Source: an uncultured Desulfobacter sp.
GTDB taxonomy: Bacteria > Desulfobacterota > Desulfobacteria > Desulfobacterales > Desulfobacteraceae
Assembly (NCBI GenBank): GCA_963665095.1
Contig: OY762069.1
Location: forward strand, 5,440,001-5,504,000
Reading direction: 5' to 3'
DNA length: 64,000 nucleotides
Position numbers and translations under genes: made by a program. Position 1 is the stretch's first letter, and each line of letters starts with the position of its first letter. Positions 1 to 9,825 of the stretch are shown here, one piece after another. The notes under the pieces were generated by a model. That model made no database searches, was not told where the DNA came from, and saw only the letters and a program-made list of their open reading frames with translations.

Positions 1-2
1 AC

Positions 3-353
3 GGTGAAGGTGTGATGATCACCCAGGTGGTGCCCCCCCCGGAAGACCCGGCCCAGCGTGAGGGCCTTCCCGGTGTCAAAGAGTATATCCGGCTGCTGCG
101 ACTCTATTACCCTGAGAGCCAGCCCAGCTTTGTGGGACTGGAAGGGTATGTCAATGCAACAATCCTGGTGGAGGGTCTTAAACGGGCAGGCAGAGATCTG
201 ACCCGTGAGGGGTTTATCCGGGCCGTGGAATCCATAGATGCCTTTGATCCGGGAATTGGCAGTCCCCTCTCCTTTGGGAAAAATGATCACCAGGGGCTGG
301 ACCGGGTTTATTTTACCCAAATCCGGCAGGGAAGGCCGGTGCTGATTCAATGA
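3..353 (+). CDS. Periplasmic ligand-binding protein (LivJ/Peripla_BP_6-like), C-terminal part; 5' end lies outside the window
   Basis: Frame is open from position 3; motifs 'VMITQVVPPP', 'SFVGLEGYVNA..LVEGL..AG.DLTRE.FI.A.E', 'PLSFG..DHQG..RVY'. Its stop overlaps the next ATG (ATGA at 350-353). Confidence 0.8.
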   Translation, partial: GEGVMITQVVPPPEDPAQREGLPGVKEYIRLLRLYYPESQPSFVGLEGYVNATILVEGLKRAGRDLTREGFIRAVESIDAFDPGIGSPLSFGKNDHQGLDRVYFTQIRQGRPVLIQ

Positions 354-2203
354 AATATTTTAACGAACTCAGCCTGAAGAACAAAATTTTTGTCTCCTGC
401 CTGGGCTTTACCCTTGTGGTTTCCATGCTTATCGCCCTGTTCACCCGGTGGCTTTTGATTGCAGGGCTCACCGGCGAACTTCAAAAGCGCGGTGTGGGCA
501 TTGCCCAGTCCGTTGCCGACAGTTCCCGGGGCTTTATCCTCACCGGAGACAAACCCGAACTTACAGGTCTTGTCTATGATGCACGGGCCGGAAACCGTAA
601 GGATGTTATTCTATACATAGTTATTGTTGACAAGTCAGGACAGATACTGGCCCATACCTTTACTACCGGGCTCACTCCCCATATCCGGGAGATAGTCAAA
701 GTTAAAGCCCCTGATGACCAGCGGGTTCAAAAGATGACGGTCATGGGCCATTCGGTCTTTCATGTCTGCGTTCCGGTTAAAGAGGGCATTTATACCATTG
801 GCGCTGTTCATGCGGGCCTTGCCAAGGAGCACATAGATACACTCATATCCCGGCTGCGGCTTATATTTTTAAGCTTTTTGTCCGTGGTAACCCTGACTTT
901 TTTCTTCTTAAGCCATCGGTTGGCCCTGCATATTACACGTCCCGTGGCCGCCCTGATCCGGTACACGGACCGGGTGGGAAAAGGCGAGATGGTGTCCCGT
1001 GAGGAACTTGACCGCATGGCCGGGGAGATCCGGCCCAGGGATGATGAAATCGCGGCCCTTACCGACTCTTTCATCCGCATGACCACGGAACTGAAACTCT
1101 CCACAGACCGGTTGCGTGAATCCCAGGAAAAATACAAGTCCATGTTCCGGGCCGGGCCCAATCCCATATTTGTTATCCACAGGCATACCCTGGATATCCT
1201 GGATGCCAACCCCAAGGCCACAGAACTGTTCGGCTACACGCGAAGCGAGCTTGCCGGCACAAGTTTTCTGAAGCTTGGGGAACTGGAAAAAGAGACCTTT
1301 GACCGGGAATTTCCGTTAACGGCGTCCGTGCTGATCTCCTCAAAGGTTCTGTTCTACAAAAAGGATAAAGAGACCATTTATGTCAATATCCATGCAGGCA
1401 CCGCCGAATACGGAGACCAGCAGGTGATCATCGCTGCAGCAACGGATATTTCAGAACTGATTGAAAAGGACTCCGCCCTGATTCAGGCCTCCAAGATGAC
1501 CAATGTTGAAAAGATGTCCGTGGGCATTGCCCATGAGATCAACCAGCCCCTGAATGCCATTAAAATGGGGTCGGAATATCTGTGCATGATGCTGGAGGAA
1601 AAAAAGGCCATCGACTCCGGGACGCTTGCAACCGTAACCGGCGAGATATCTGCCCAGGTATCCAGGGCCTCCGAAATCGTTGACCGGCTTAAAACCTTCT
1701 CAAGGAAAGCCGGCTTTACCCGGGAGGAGATCAATCTCAACCAGTGCATCCGCAATGTCCACAAAATCATCGGCCGTCAGATTACATTGCAGAATATTAA
1801 TTTCATTCTTAGCCTGGATGAATCCATGCCCATGATTCTTGCCCACAACAATCGCATGGAGCAGGTAATCTTCAATCTGGTCACCAATGCCAGGGATGCC
1901 ATTAATGAACGGATTGAATCCTGCCGGGACATCATGCAGGGGAAAATTGAAATCACCTCCTTTTCCGACCCCGACATGACCGGATTTGAAGTAAAGGACA
2001 ACGGCATCGGCATTGAACAGGATCAGCTGAAAAATATTTTTGAATCTTTTTATACAACAAAGGAGATGGGCGAAGGTTTAGGACTTGGCCTGCCCATTCT
2101 TAAAGGCATTATACAGGATTATAACGGCACCATCGCTGTGGTTTCCACTCCCTGCGCCGGGGCCTGTTTCAGGGTGGTGTTTCCCGCCCGGACAGGTGCC
2201 TGA
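350..2203 (+). CDS. Membrane sensor histidine kinase (2 TM, HAMP, PAS, HisKA, HATPase)
   Basis: H-box 'GIAHEINQPL', N-box 'QVIFNLVTNARDA', G boxes 'DNGIGI' and 'TTKEMGEGLGLGL', PAS 'ILDANPKATELFGY'. Confidence 0.95.
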   Translation: MKYFNELSLKNKIFVSCLGFTLVVSMLIALFTRWLLIAGLTGELQKRGVGIAQSVADSSRGFILTGDKPELTGLVYDARAGNRKDVILYIVIVDKSGQILAHTFTTGLTPHIREIVKVKAPDDQRVQKMTVMGHSVFHVCVPVKEGIYTIGAVHAGLAKEHIDTLISRLRLIFLSFLSVVTLTFFFLSHRLALHITRPVAALIRYTDRVGKGEMVSREELDRMAGEIRPRDDEIAALTDSFIRMTTELKLSTDRLRESQEKYKSMFRAGPNPIFVIHRHTLDILDANPKATELFGYTRSELAGTSFLKLGELEKETFDREFPLTASVLISSKVLFYKKDKETIYVNIHAGTAEYGDQQVIIAAATDISELIEKDSALIQASKMTNVEKMSVGIAHEINQPLNAIKMGSEYLCMMLEEKKAIDSGTLATVTGEISAQVSRASEIVDRLKTFSRKAGFTREEINLNQCIRNVHKIIGRQITLQNINFILSLDESMPMILAHNNRMEQVIFNLVTNARDAINERIESCRDIMQGKIEITSFSDPDMTGFEVKDNGIGIEQDQLKNIFESFYTTKEMGEGLGLGLPILKGIIQDYNGTIAVVSTPCAGACFRVVFPARTGA

Positions 2204-2278
2204 TATCCCGGCCTGTGGTGGAAAAGCACAGCTCCTGGTGAAAATCAACAGCTATGAATATAATAAGGAACCCGGCCA

Positions 2279-2983
2279 ATGAAGATACTGGTCATTGATG
2301 ATGAGAAGCCAACCCTTTCCATGTTTAAACTGTTTTTAACCGCCTATGGTTATGAGGTCACTACCGCGGAAAGCGGAGAGGCCGGGCTGGCACTGTTTAA
2401 GGAGTTTATGCCGGATATTGTATTCACGGATATTAAGATGCCGGGTATGGACGGACTTGAGGTGCTGCGCCGGATAAAAACCAGCCATCCTGCCACTGAA
2501 GTGATCATCATCACCGGCCATGGTGATATGGAAAAGGCCCTGGAAGCCCTGGATCTTAATGCTTCGGATTTTATTAACAAACCTGTGGAACGGCAGGCGT
2601 TGAACTCGGCTTTGGTCCGGGCTGAAAACAGGGCACAGCTTAAAGGAAATCAGGACTTTCATCTGAAGCGACATGACACAGAGGCAGGCCTTGACATCCG
2701 GGTTGCAGGTCGACTCACCGGCAAAGTCGCCCAAAGCCTGAAGGCACTTTCCACAGCCTGCACCGAAGCCGGTACGGCCCGGATGGATTTTCATTTCGAC
2801 GACAGTTTTTCCGTGGACCGGGAGGGTATTCAGGCGCTCATGGCCACACTGATGGAGATCCGTAAAAAAAAGGTGGACGTGACCATGGAAGGACTCTCAT
2901 ACAGCTATATGCGGTTTTTCTGTATGGCCGGGATGGATAAGCTGGTAACCTTCACACCATTATCCCTGGACGCAGATATCTGA
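2279..2983 (+). CDS. Response regulator: receiver domain plus C-terminal STAS-like domain
   Basis: Receiver motifs 'ILVIDDE', 'DIKMPGMDGL', 'FINKP'; the C-terminus 'IRVAGRLTG...DFHF..SFSVDREGIQAL...FFCMAGM' resembles a STAS fold. Confidence 0.85.
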   Translation: MKILVIDDEKPTLSMFKLFLTAYGYEVTTAESGEAGLALFKEFMPDIVFTDIKMPGMDGLEVLRRIKTSHPATEVIIITGHGDMEKALEALDLNASDFINKPVERQALNSALVRAENRAQLKGNQDFHLKRHDTEAGLDIRVAGRLTGKVAQSLKALSTACTEAGTARMDFHFDDSFSVDREGIQALMATLMEIRKKKVDVTMEGLSYSYMRFFCMAGMDKLVTFTPLSLDADI

Positions 2984-5900
2984 TGACCGGGAGATTTCAT
3001 ATTCCTGATGTCAGCCGTGCCGTGGAACGGCCGCGTCTCTTTAATCTGATGGACCGGGATCCCGGCGTCCGCCTGTTCCTGGTGACCGGCCAGGCTGCTC
3101 AGGGCAAGTCCACCCTGGTTGCCTCTTATTTAGCCGGCAAAGCCCAGGCCACGCTCTGGTTTCATCTGACCCAGGAGGTCTCCGGGCATACCAGCCTTTT
3201 TGAACTGATTACCACGGGGCTGCGCGAAGAACTGAATATTTTCATGGCCCATCCGGTCCAGGCCACCTTGGGTGCCAGGGAGGACCTGCTGCGGCAATGC
3301 GATATTCTGGCTTCGCTTCTGACTGAGATCTCCTTCCCCTTGAACATCGTGCTGGACGACCTGGAAGCGTTTGATGACAATGCAACCGCCTTCTCCCTGA
3401 TCCAGGCTCTCCTTGACCGCCATTTTGATATGGTCCGTTTTTTCCTTTTATCAAGGACAATGCCCCGGATCAGCTTTAGTCCCCTGAAAATGGAGCGCCG
3501 CTTTTTGACCTTAGAAAACCGGGATCTGGCCTTTGACCGGGAAGAGATCCGCATGTTTTTCAGGCACGGGATAAAGGCTCATGATGATACCTTTTCAACC
3601 GGCATGGCTGGCAAGCAGTTGGATGATGAACTGATCAGGCAGATCCATGAGATCACCGAAGGCTGGCCCGGCGGTCTGGCGCTGGTTTCGGAAAACCTGC
3701 GCCGATCAGGCGATGTGGGAAAACTGCCCCGCCAGATGTCAGCAGGGGCCTTTTCCTTTTTCAGCGATGAGATCTATTCAAACCTGTCCGGGCCTGTGCG
3801 CGATTTTTTAATGAAAACAGCCGTATTTGATCTGCTGGACACCCGCATACTCAATGAATTTTTTGGTAATCAGGACACTGTGGGCATCCTCAGGCAGCTT
3901 GACAGCCGCAACCTGTTCATCCAGAAAATTGATCCCGATCCCCAATGGCCGGTGTACAAGTATAACCGGCTGTTCAGAGAATTTCTTTTCTCCGATCTTA
4001 CCCGTTACATGGATCCGAAGGCCATTGAGGAACTTGAAAGGCGGGCCGGCCTGATTTTTTGGGAAGAGAAGCGCCATGAGGAGGCCGCCGGCCATTTTGT
4101 CCGGGCAAAGGCATTCAAAGAACTGGCCCGGCTGATTCGCATCAAGGGAACCGGTTATGTGGTCACGGGCCAGGCCATGGGGCTTTCCGGGTGGCTTAAA
4201 CGGATGCCCAAGGCGATGGTGGATGAGGATCCCTGGCTGATGTTTTTTTGTGCCATGACCCAGCGGATCAAAGGGGGACGAAAAAATTATGAAGACCTGA
4301 TCCGTGCCCGTAACCTGTTTGAGGAGACAGAAGACACCAGAGGGCTGATCCTTTCCACAGCATTTATTATTGAGGCCAGCGTGTTTATCCGAAAACCCTC
4401 ACACCGCATCGCAGACTGGATCGGCAAAGGCCAGGCCATTTTGAAAGGGAGAAAGGGAAACCGGAAATACACCTGGGCACGGGCTATTTTGTGGCAGCAT
4501 ATCGGGCTGGGGTATATTGCGGGGACAGGGGATCTGCCCATGGGAATTTCTGCCTGCCGCAATGCCGTACTGCTGGCCCGGGGCATCGGCAATCAGGACC
4601 TGCTGCTCAATGCCTCCATTGTCATGATCCTGGGGCTGGTCCAGACCGGGGACTTCCACCAGGCCGGGATGATGTTAAAAGAGATAAAAACCATCTCAAA
4701 GAAAAGTCCCCACCCGGAATACAGGGCGCTTCAGCGGCTGACCCGCCTGGATTATGACCTGAAAATGGGCCTCTTTGACCGGGCAGGCAGGCTCTTAGAG
4801 GATTCCCAGGCCGATATAGATACCTTTGGGCTGATTTTTCTGTATCCAGGCTTTGTGGAAGCAAGGGCTCTCTTTTTTGCCGGGACCCGGGATTTCCGCC
4901 AGGCCCTGCTCACAGCGGATCACCTGTCGGATTTTTCCATCCTGGAAGGAAATAACTTTTACCTTGGCATCTCCCATCGCCTTAAATCCATGGTCCACAT
5001 TTTGGAACACAATTATGCCCAGGCCCTGGAGCAGGCAGAACTTGCGGTTAAAGAGCTGGGCGGTGCAAAGCGCGGGGATATCCATTACTTTCTAACCAAA
5101 AAGGTATTTGGCACGGCACTTTTTCACAACGGGCAGTTTGAAGCAGCCATGGGGGAACTGCTGGCAGCCATGGCCTATTTTGAGAAGGTATCATCGGATC
5201 TGGATTTTTGTGAGGCCGCTTTTATGGCAGGGCTCTCCTGCTGGCTGAATAATGATGCCGCCCTGGCTGGGAATCTGCTGGAGGCTGCCGCTGAAAAGGC
5301 GCTTGAAAACCATTATACCTATTTCCCCCTGGTGGGCCACAAGCAGATAGCAAGGGGCTTGGTAATCCTGGCCATGGCCGGTAAAAACGATCTGGCCCAA
5401 TCCTGTCTGGCCGCCGGAGATACCGGCGCGCTTGGAAAACAGGTCCGCGAAGAGATTTCCAAGGTACTGGACAGCCTTCCTGCATCCAAACAGGCGGGAC
5501 AGGCAGATGCTTTCCGGGCCCTTTACCGGGCCAGTCTGCCTTTGATCCGGATTCGTACCCTGGGCGGATTCAGCATCGGGATCGGGGACAAAGTTCTGGA
5601 CAATTCCGCCTTTGGAGGTGCAAAGCCAAAACTGCTGCTTAAAACAATTATTTTAAACAGGCTTAATGACATCCCCGGAGAAATCCTCATAGACGGTTTG
5701 TGGCCCGACGCCTCGTCTGTAGCAGGGGAAAAAAACCTCAAAGTGAACCTTCACAGGCTGAGAAAGGCACTGGAACCCGCGCCGGACAAGCGGCTGGGCT
5801 ATTTTTATGTGATTCATAAAGCCGGTCTGGTGTCTCTGGACCCTGATCTTGTGGATCTGGATACGATTCAATTAAGCCGGCTGACCGCAGAAGCCCGGGA

Positions 5901-6303
5901 ATTGGAATCCAGCAATCTGCAAGACCAGGCGCTTGAGGTATACACCCGGGCGGCAGACCTGTGCCGCGGGGAATACTTCATGGACGACCCTTATTTTGAG
6001 GGGGCGGCCGGCATCCGGGAAACAATGCTGGCCCGGCAGATTGAAATCCTGGAAAAAAAGGCGCGCCTGCATGAGGAGCTGGACCAGTGGCAAGGTGCTG
6101 TGGATGCCTGGCTGGCCCTGCTTGATTTGGACCCCTGTTCGGAAAAGGCATTCAGAAACCTGATGATCCTCCATGCGGACAAGGGCCTGAAACACAGGGC
6201 ACTGGAATTTTATACCCAGTGCTGTGCCCGGCTGGAAACAGAACTTGATGCCAAACCGGAACAAAGAACCCAGGCAGTGCATCAGAAAATTATGAGGCTA
6301 TAA
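2983..6303 (+). CDS. MalT-like STAND NTPase/TPR transcriptional regulator with C-terminal SARP/BTAD domain
   Basis: 'VERPRL', P-loop 'GQAAQGKST', 'IVLDDL', 'TEGWPGGL'; C-terminal 'IRTLGGF...LIDGLWPD...NLKVNLHRLRKAL' and 'DPCSEKAFRNLM'. Confidence 0.85.
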   Translation: MTGRFHIPDVSRAVERPRLFNLMDRDPGVRLFLVTGQAAQGKSTLVASYLAGKAQATLWFHLTQEVSGHTSLFELITTGLREELNIFMAHPVQATLGAREDLLRQCDILASLLTEISFPLNIVLDDLEAFDDNATAFSLIQALLDRHFDMVRFFLLSRTMPRISFSPLKMERRFLTLENRDLAFDREEIRMFFRHGIKAHDDTFSTGMAGKQLDDELIRQIHEITEGWPGGLALVSENLRRSGDVGKLPRQMSAGAFSFFSDEIYSNLSGPVRDFLMKTAVFDLLDTRILNEFFGNQDTVGILRQLDSRNLFIQKIDPDPQWPVYKYNRLFREFLFSDLTRYMDPKAIEELERRAGLIFWEEKRHEEAAGHFVRAKAFKELARLIRIKGTGYVVTGQAMGLSGWLKRMPKAMVDEDPWLMFFCAMTQRIKGGRKNYEDLIRARNLFEETEDTRGLILSTAFIIEASVFIRKPSHRIADWIGKGQAILKGRKGNRKYTWARAILWQHIGLGYIAGTGDLPMGISACRNAVLLARGIGNQDLLLNASIVMILGLVQTGDFHQAGMMLKEIKTISKKSPHPEYRALQRLTRLDYDLKMGLFDRAGRLLEDSQADIDTFGLIFLYPGFVEARALFFAGTRDFRQALLTADHLSDFSILEGNNFYLGISHRLKSMVHILEHNYAQALEQAELAVKELGGAKRGDIHYFLTKKVFGTALFHNGQFEAAMGELLAAMAYFEKVSSDLDFCEAAFMAGLSCWLNNDAALAGNLLEAAAEKALENHYTYFPLVGHKQIARGLVILAMAGKNDLAQSCLAAGDTGALGKQVREEISKVLDSLPASKQAGQADAFRALYRASLPLIRIRTLGGFSIGIGDKVLDNSAFGGAKPKLLLKTIILNRLNDIPGEILIDGLWPDASSVAGEKNLKVNLHRLRKALEPAPDKRLGYFYVIHKAGLVSLDPDLVDLDTIQLSRLTAEARELESSNLQDQALEVYTRAADLCRGEYFMDDPYFEGAAGIRETMLARQIEILEKKARLHEELDQWQGAVDAWLALLDLDPCSEKAFRNLMILHADKGLKHRALEFYTQCCARLETELDAKPEQRTQAVHQKIMRL

Positions 6304-6307
6304 CAGG

Positions 6308-6595
6308 ATGGTAATTGGTACAGGGCAAATCAAACTCAGGCTTTTTGACGTGCATTCTCTTAAGGCCAAACGGTCCATTGTTAAATCCATGATATCCAGA
6401 CTTCAGAACCGGTTTAACATCAGCGTGGCTGAAACCGGTCTCAATGACAGCCATGAGTGGGCAGAGATCGGATTTGCACTGGTTGGAAACGATGCCCGGA
6501 CAATTAACTCCAAGGTGGACAAGGTGTTTAATCTGGCTGAGGAATCAGGGCTTGCCGTGATTGCCGACACCCACATGGAAATTATTCATTTATAA
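6308..6595 (+). CDS. DUF503 (YlxP-like) protein
   Basis: Signature 'SLKAKRSIVKS...RFNISVAE...D.HEWAEIGFALV'. Confidence 0.85.
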   Translation: MVIGTGQIKLRLFDVHSLKAKRSIVKSMISRLQNRFNISVAETGLNDSHEWAEIGFALVGNDARTINSKVDKVFNLAEESGLAVIADTHMEIIHL

Positions 6596-6677
6596 GACAG
6601 ACTGCAGGGCACTGCAGGCAGGTGCGTGTCTAATATTTAAATTTTTTCTGACAGGTAACGGTGTTACATGGCGCCTG

Positions 6678-7313
6678 TTAAGGGCAGTTTTTCATGGCGT
6701 TTATAATCATGCCAAGTTCCGGTCTGACATTAATGTCCGAGACATGAATGAACTGGATTATTCCCTGTTTGTCCACCAGGAAAAGGGCCCGTTCTGCTGT
6801 GCCGTCCGAGCGCAGCACCCCGTAGGTGTCGCTGACTTTTCCGTGGGGCCAGAAATCTGAGAGTACCGGGAACCATAAGCCGTTCATCTCCCGGGTCCAG
6901 GCGTACAGGGTTGGCAGGTTGTCCACGGTGATTCCGAGCAGAACGGTGTCATGGGCCTCAAACAGCGGCTTTGCAATGTTGTATCCCGGCCATTGATCCG
7001 AGCAGACAGGTGTCCAGGCTGCGGGAACAAAGGAGATGAGTACGTTCTTTTTACCGGAGAACTGGCTCAGGCTGACAGAGTTGCCGTCCAGGGAGGGCAG
7101 GGTGAAGTCCGGGGCTTTCTGGCCCAGGCGAACCTTTAATGAGCTGTCCGTTGGTTTTAGCTTGCCCGGATTAAACACTTTGTCTGAGAACGCCGATGAC
7201 CCTGCCCACAGTACCCCGGCTGCGCCCAATAAAAAAATAGAAATACAACAAATCAGACAGCTGTCCAGGAAAAAAAGTTTGTTTCTTTGCATTGTGCTGA
7301 ATCCCCCTGTCAC
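6678..7313 (-). CDS. Exported peroxiredoxin (AhpC/TSA, AhpE-like)
   Basis: 'APDFTLPS...LSQF...FVPAAWTPVCSDQ', 'FPVLSDFWPHG.VS..YGV', 'ERALFLVDKQG'; hydrophobic N-terminus. Confidence 0.85.
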   Translation of the reverse strand: MTGGFSTMQRNKLFFLDSCLICCISIFLLGAAGVLWAGSSAFSDKVFNPGKLKPTDSSLKVRLGQKAPDFTLPSLDGNSVSLSQFSGKKNVLISFVPAAWTPVCSDQWPGYNIAKPLFEAHDTVLLGITVDNLPTLYAWTREMNGLWFPVLSDFWPHGKVSDTYGVLRSDGTAERALFLVDKQGIIQFIHVSDINVRPELGMIINAMKNCP

Positions 7314-7873
7314 TTAAATTTCCTGCTCGAAGCTGAAATGATGGTGTCCAGAAATTTCTTTGGATCCCCGATATCGCCGGCGTGGGTGAAAAAGACCTGG
7401 AAAGAGCCATCTTTTTGAAGGTTCAGGCCGATGAAAAAGGGGGTTCTTACCTCGCCGATCTTTTTGTGGATGGAGAAATCCGTATCGCTGAACAAAGGGA
7501 ACTTTATCTTGTATTGTTCCTTAAAAAAATCGACCTCAAACGCAGAGTTACCGGCCCCTATGCCGATGAGCTTTACCCTGCGGTCAAGGGACGGACTGTC
7601 TGAAATTTTTGAAAACATCAGATTGATACTGGATGCCTCTCGCTGGCACACCGGGCAGTACATGGAAAAAATTTCAATAATGACGGTATCCGCATCAATC
7701 TGACCCAAACTGAAGGCCTGCCCCGGGCTAACGCCTAAATAGGCGGCCTCTTTGGGGTCGGCGGAAGCTGTCAGGGAAAAGTCCAGCGCCATCTTGCCCT
7801 GGGCATAGAGCCCAATGGGAACCATAAAAAGCAACAGAAGCGCCATCAAAGTAAAACTGGTATTTTTTCTCAT
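7310..7873 (-). CDS. Exported TlpA/redoxin-family thiol-disulfide protein
   Basis: Signal peptide; 'IEIFSMYCPVCQ' CxxC; 'FPLFSD', 'RTPFF'. Confidence 0.8.
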   Translation of the reverse strand: MRKNTSFTLMALLLLFMVPIGLYAQGKMALDFSLTASADPKEAAYLGVSPGQAFSLGQIDADTVIIEIFSMYCPVCQREASSINLMFSKISDSPSLDRRVKLIGIGAGNSAFEVDFFKEQYKIKFPLFSDTDFSIHKKIGEVRTPFFIGLNLQKDGSFQVFFTHAGDIGDPKKFLDTIISASSRKFK

Positions 7874-7910
7874 GTCATGTCCTAAGAATAAATATCTTGA
7901 TGAAAAAACC

Positions 7911-8822
7911 TTAGAGCCCGTCCGGCCCGGGTACTGGATTTTTGTATCCCCGCTGACCGGCTTTCATGTCCAGGTGCAGGGTGGCGATCTGCTCCAGCCG
8001 GGGGATAAACGCCCGGTTCAGGTGGCGTAAATCCACCACCTTCAGGTAGTTGTGGCAGTTGTCGCACAGGTAGACCCGGTATTCTTTCTCTTTTTCATTG
8101 TAAAAATACTGCAGAAGACGGCTGTCATTGGTTTCACAGGATACACACCCCATGCGCCGGGTGGGCCATTCATGGGCGCACATGCTGCAAAGAAGATAGC
8201 GCCGTCCCTCCTTGTCCAGGTAGCCGGCATTGGGGCGGGAACCGCACACCGGGCAGTATCCTTTTTTCAGGTCCTCGACATCTTTAAGATAGGAGGCCAG
8301 CTGCATGGCACAGGTTTGAAGGGAAGGAGCCATGGAAAGGAAGAGAAAAAACATCAGCTCCTGTAAGGGGATATCGATTTTTTCTGCGGCAGGGACAAGC
8401 GCTTCAGACCGGTTTTCCAGGATATCTGAAAACAGTGGTTTCAGGTCCAGGGCCTCCCCGTTGGTCTCCAGATAATTCGACAGCTTTTGCGCACACTCCG
8501 CTAGTTTGGGTGCCAGATCCAGGGCCAGGCCAATGATTTTTTTCAACAATTTTTCGGCCTGATCCTGATCAATAATAAACTGAGCAGGATCGATCAGGGG
8601 CATGGCATTTTCAAATTTAAGCCGGAGCAGATCCTGTTCAATGGTAATGGGAGAGATATTCAGATCTTTTCGGCTCTCTTCCTGGGCCATGAATACCCTG
8701 GCATAAAAATCAATGATAGGAGCGTACTGGGGTCTTGCCTTTTGAATGAACTCTGCAGCGTGTTGGATGCTTTCCGTTGTGATTTCGGGTCTTGATATAT
8801 CTTGAGCATTGATCATGGGCAT
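7911..8822 (-). CDS. fdhE: Formate dehydrogenase maturation protein FdhE
   Basis: Cys motifs 'CPVCGSRP', 'RYLLCSMCAHEW', 'CVSCE', 'CDNCHNYLK'; lies downstream of the fdh structural genes. Confidence 0.92.
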   Translation of the reverse strand: MPMINAQDISRPEITTESIQHAAEFIQKARPQYAPIIDFYARVFMAQEESRKDLNISPITIEQDLLRLKFENAMPLIDPAQFIIDQDQAEKLLKKIIGLALDLAPKLAECAQKLSNYLETNGEALDLKPLFSDILENRSEALVPAAEKIDIPLQELMFFLFLSMAPSLQTCAMQLASYLKDVEDLKKGYCPVCGSRPNAGYLDKEGRRYLLCSMCAHEWPTRRMGCVSCETNDSRLLQYFYNEKEKEYRVYLCDNCHNYLKVVDLRHLNRAFIPRLEQIATLHLDMKAGQRGYKNPVPGPDGL

Positions 8823-8839
8823 AACGACCTCCTTAGTTA

Positions 8840-8977
8840 ATGTTTAAACGCAAAATAGCCTGCCTGCGGCGCTGCTTCACAAAGCGGCCAAATCATAGTC
8901 GGCCTCACGTACTGAAGTACGCTTCTGGTTTCAGCTTTGCTTGCGCCTTAGATCTGGGCAACTTTGCTGCCAAACAT
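8840..8977. repeat. MITE-like palindromic intergenic element
   Basis: Imperfect terminal inverted repeats (ATGTTTAAACGCAAAATAGCC ... GGCAACTTTGCTGCCAAACAT) and a central palindrome CGTACTGAAGTACG. Confidence 0.4.
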
Positions 8978-9048
8978 GGGTTTGCGCAGCCTGTAGTGAT
9001 TTTCAATTAAATAAAAGAACAGTTTTTCCGGCAAAAAACTTAAAGGAT

Positions 9049-9078
9049 TCCGGACAGGGTAAAGCGACCCTGTCCGGA
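9049..9078 (-). terminator. Stem-loop downstream of the FDH beta gene
   Basis: Perfect 12-bp stem TCCGGACAGGGT/ACCCTGTCCGGA, followed by T-rich sequence on the minus strand. Confidence 0.6.
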
Positions 9079-9095
9079 TTAATTATGGCAGAAAT

Positions 9096-9809
9096 TTATA
9101 CCCGCATCAACCTTGCAAATGGACCCATCATTTTACGCAGGGCCACACTTCTGCTGATGCCACCGTGACCGGCCTGGGCCACGGCATATTCAGAATAGAG
9201 TGACGGCTCATGGGCCACCAGATAAATTACGTTGACACTGTCCGTGTCCAGCAGGGCAGCGTTGGGGAACTTCTTTTTTACAATGCCGAGGCGCTTTTCA
9301 GCCAGGGCCACCATCTCTCCCCGGTCACCGAAGTTCATGGCACCGGTGGGGCAGGCCTGGACACAGGCCGGCAGCATGCCGTTGTGAACCCGGTCATTGC
9401 ACATGTCACACTTGGCAAGGGTTCCGTCCTCAGCCTTTCTCGGGATGTTGTAGGGACAGGAGTCAATAATTTCGTCCGGGTCCAGGTTTTTGGTTTCCTT
9501 GGTATATAGGATCGCGCCTGTGGCCGGGTCCTGGTAAATGGCGTCTTCGTCCCCGGCCATTCCCAGGCAGGGCGCATCAACACAATGCCGGCACTGGTCC
9601 GGAAAAAAGAGCCAGTTCAGTTTACCGTCAATAACCTCCTCGTTCATCCGAACCACCTTGTAGGTGATAAAGGAGAGATCCGGCGGATTCTGGAAAGTGC
9701 CCCTGTTTATGGTTTTTTCCGCAGGCAGGTCGTGCCATTGCTTGCAGGCAACCTGGCAGGCCCTGCAGGCGGTACAAATGGTGGTATCAACAAAAAATGC
9801 TTTTGTCAT
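9096..9809 (-). CDS. fdnH: Formate dehydrogenase iron-sulfur (beta) subunit
   Basis: 'DTTICTACRACQVACKQW', 'QCRHCVDAPC', 'KCDMCNDR...PACVQACPTGA'. Confidence 0.92.
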   Translation of the reverse strand: MTKAFFVDTTICTACRACQVACKQWHDLPAEKTINRGTFQNPPDLSFITYKVVRMNEEVIDGKLNWLFFPDQCRHCVDAPCLGMAGDEDAIYQDPATGAILYTKETKNLDPDEIIDSCPYNIPRKAEDGTLAKCDMCNDRVHNGMLPACVQACPTGAMNFGDRGEMVALAEKRLGIVKKKFPNAALLDTDSVNVIYLVAHEPSLYSEYAVAQAGHGGISRSVALRKMMGPFARLMRV

Positions 9810-9825
9810 TTTGATTCTCCTCCCT

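Noticed and set aside
6678..7873. Additional selenoproteins among the redoxins
   Set aside because: Active-site residues are encoded as Cys in uninterrupted ORFs.
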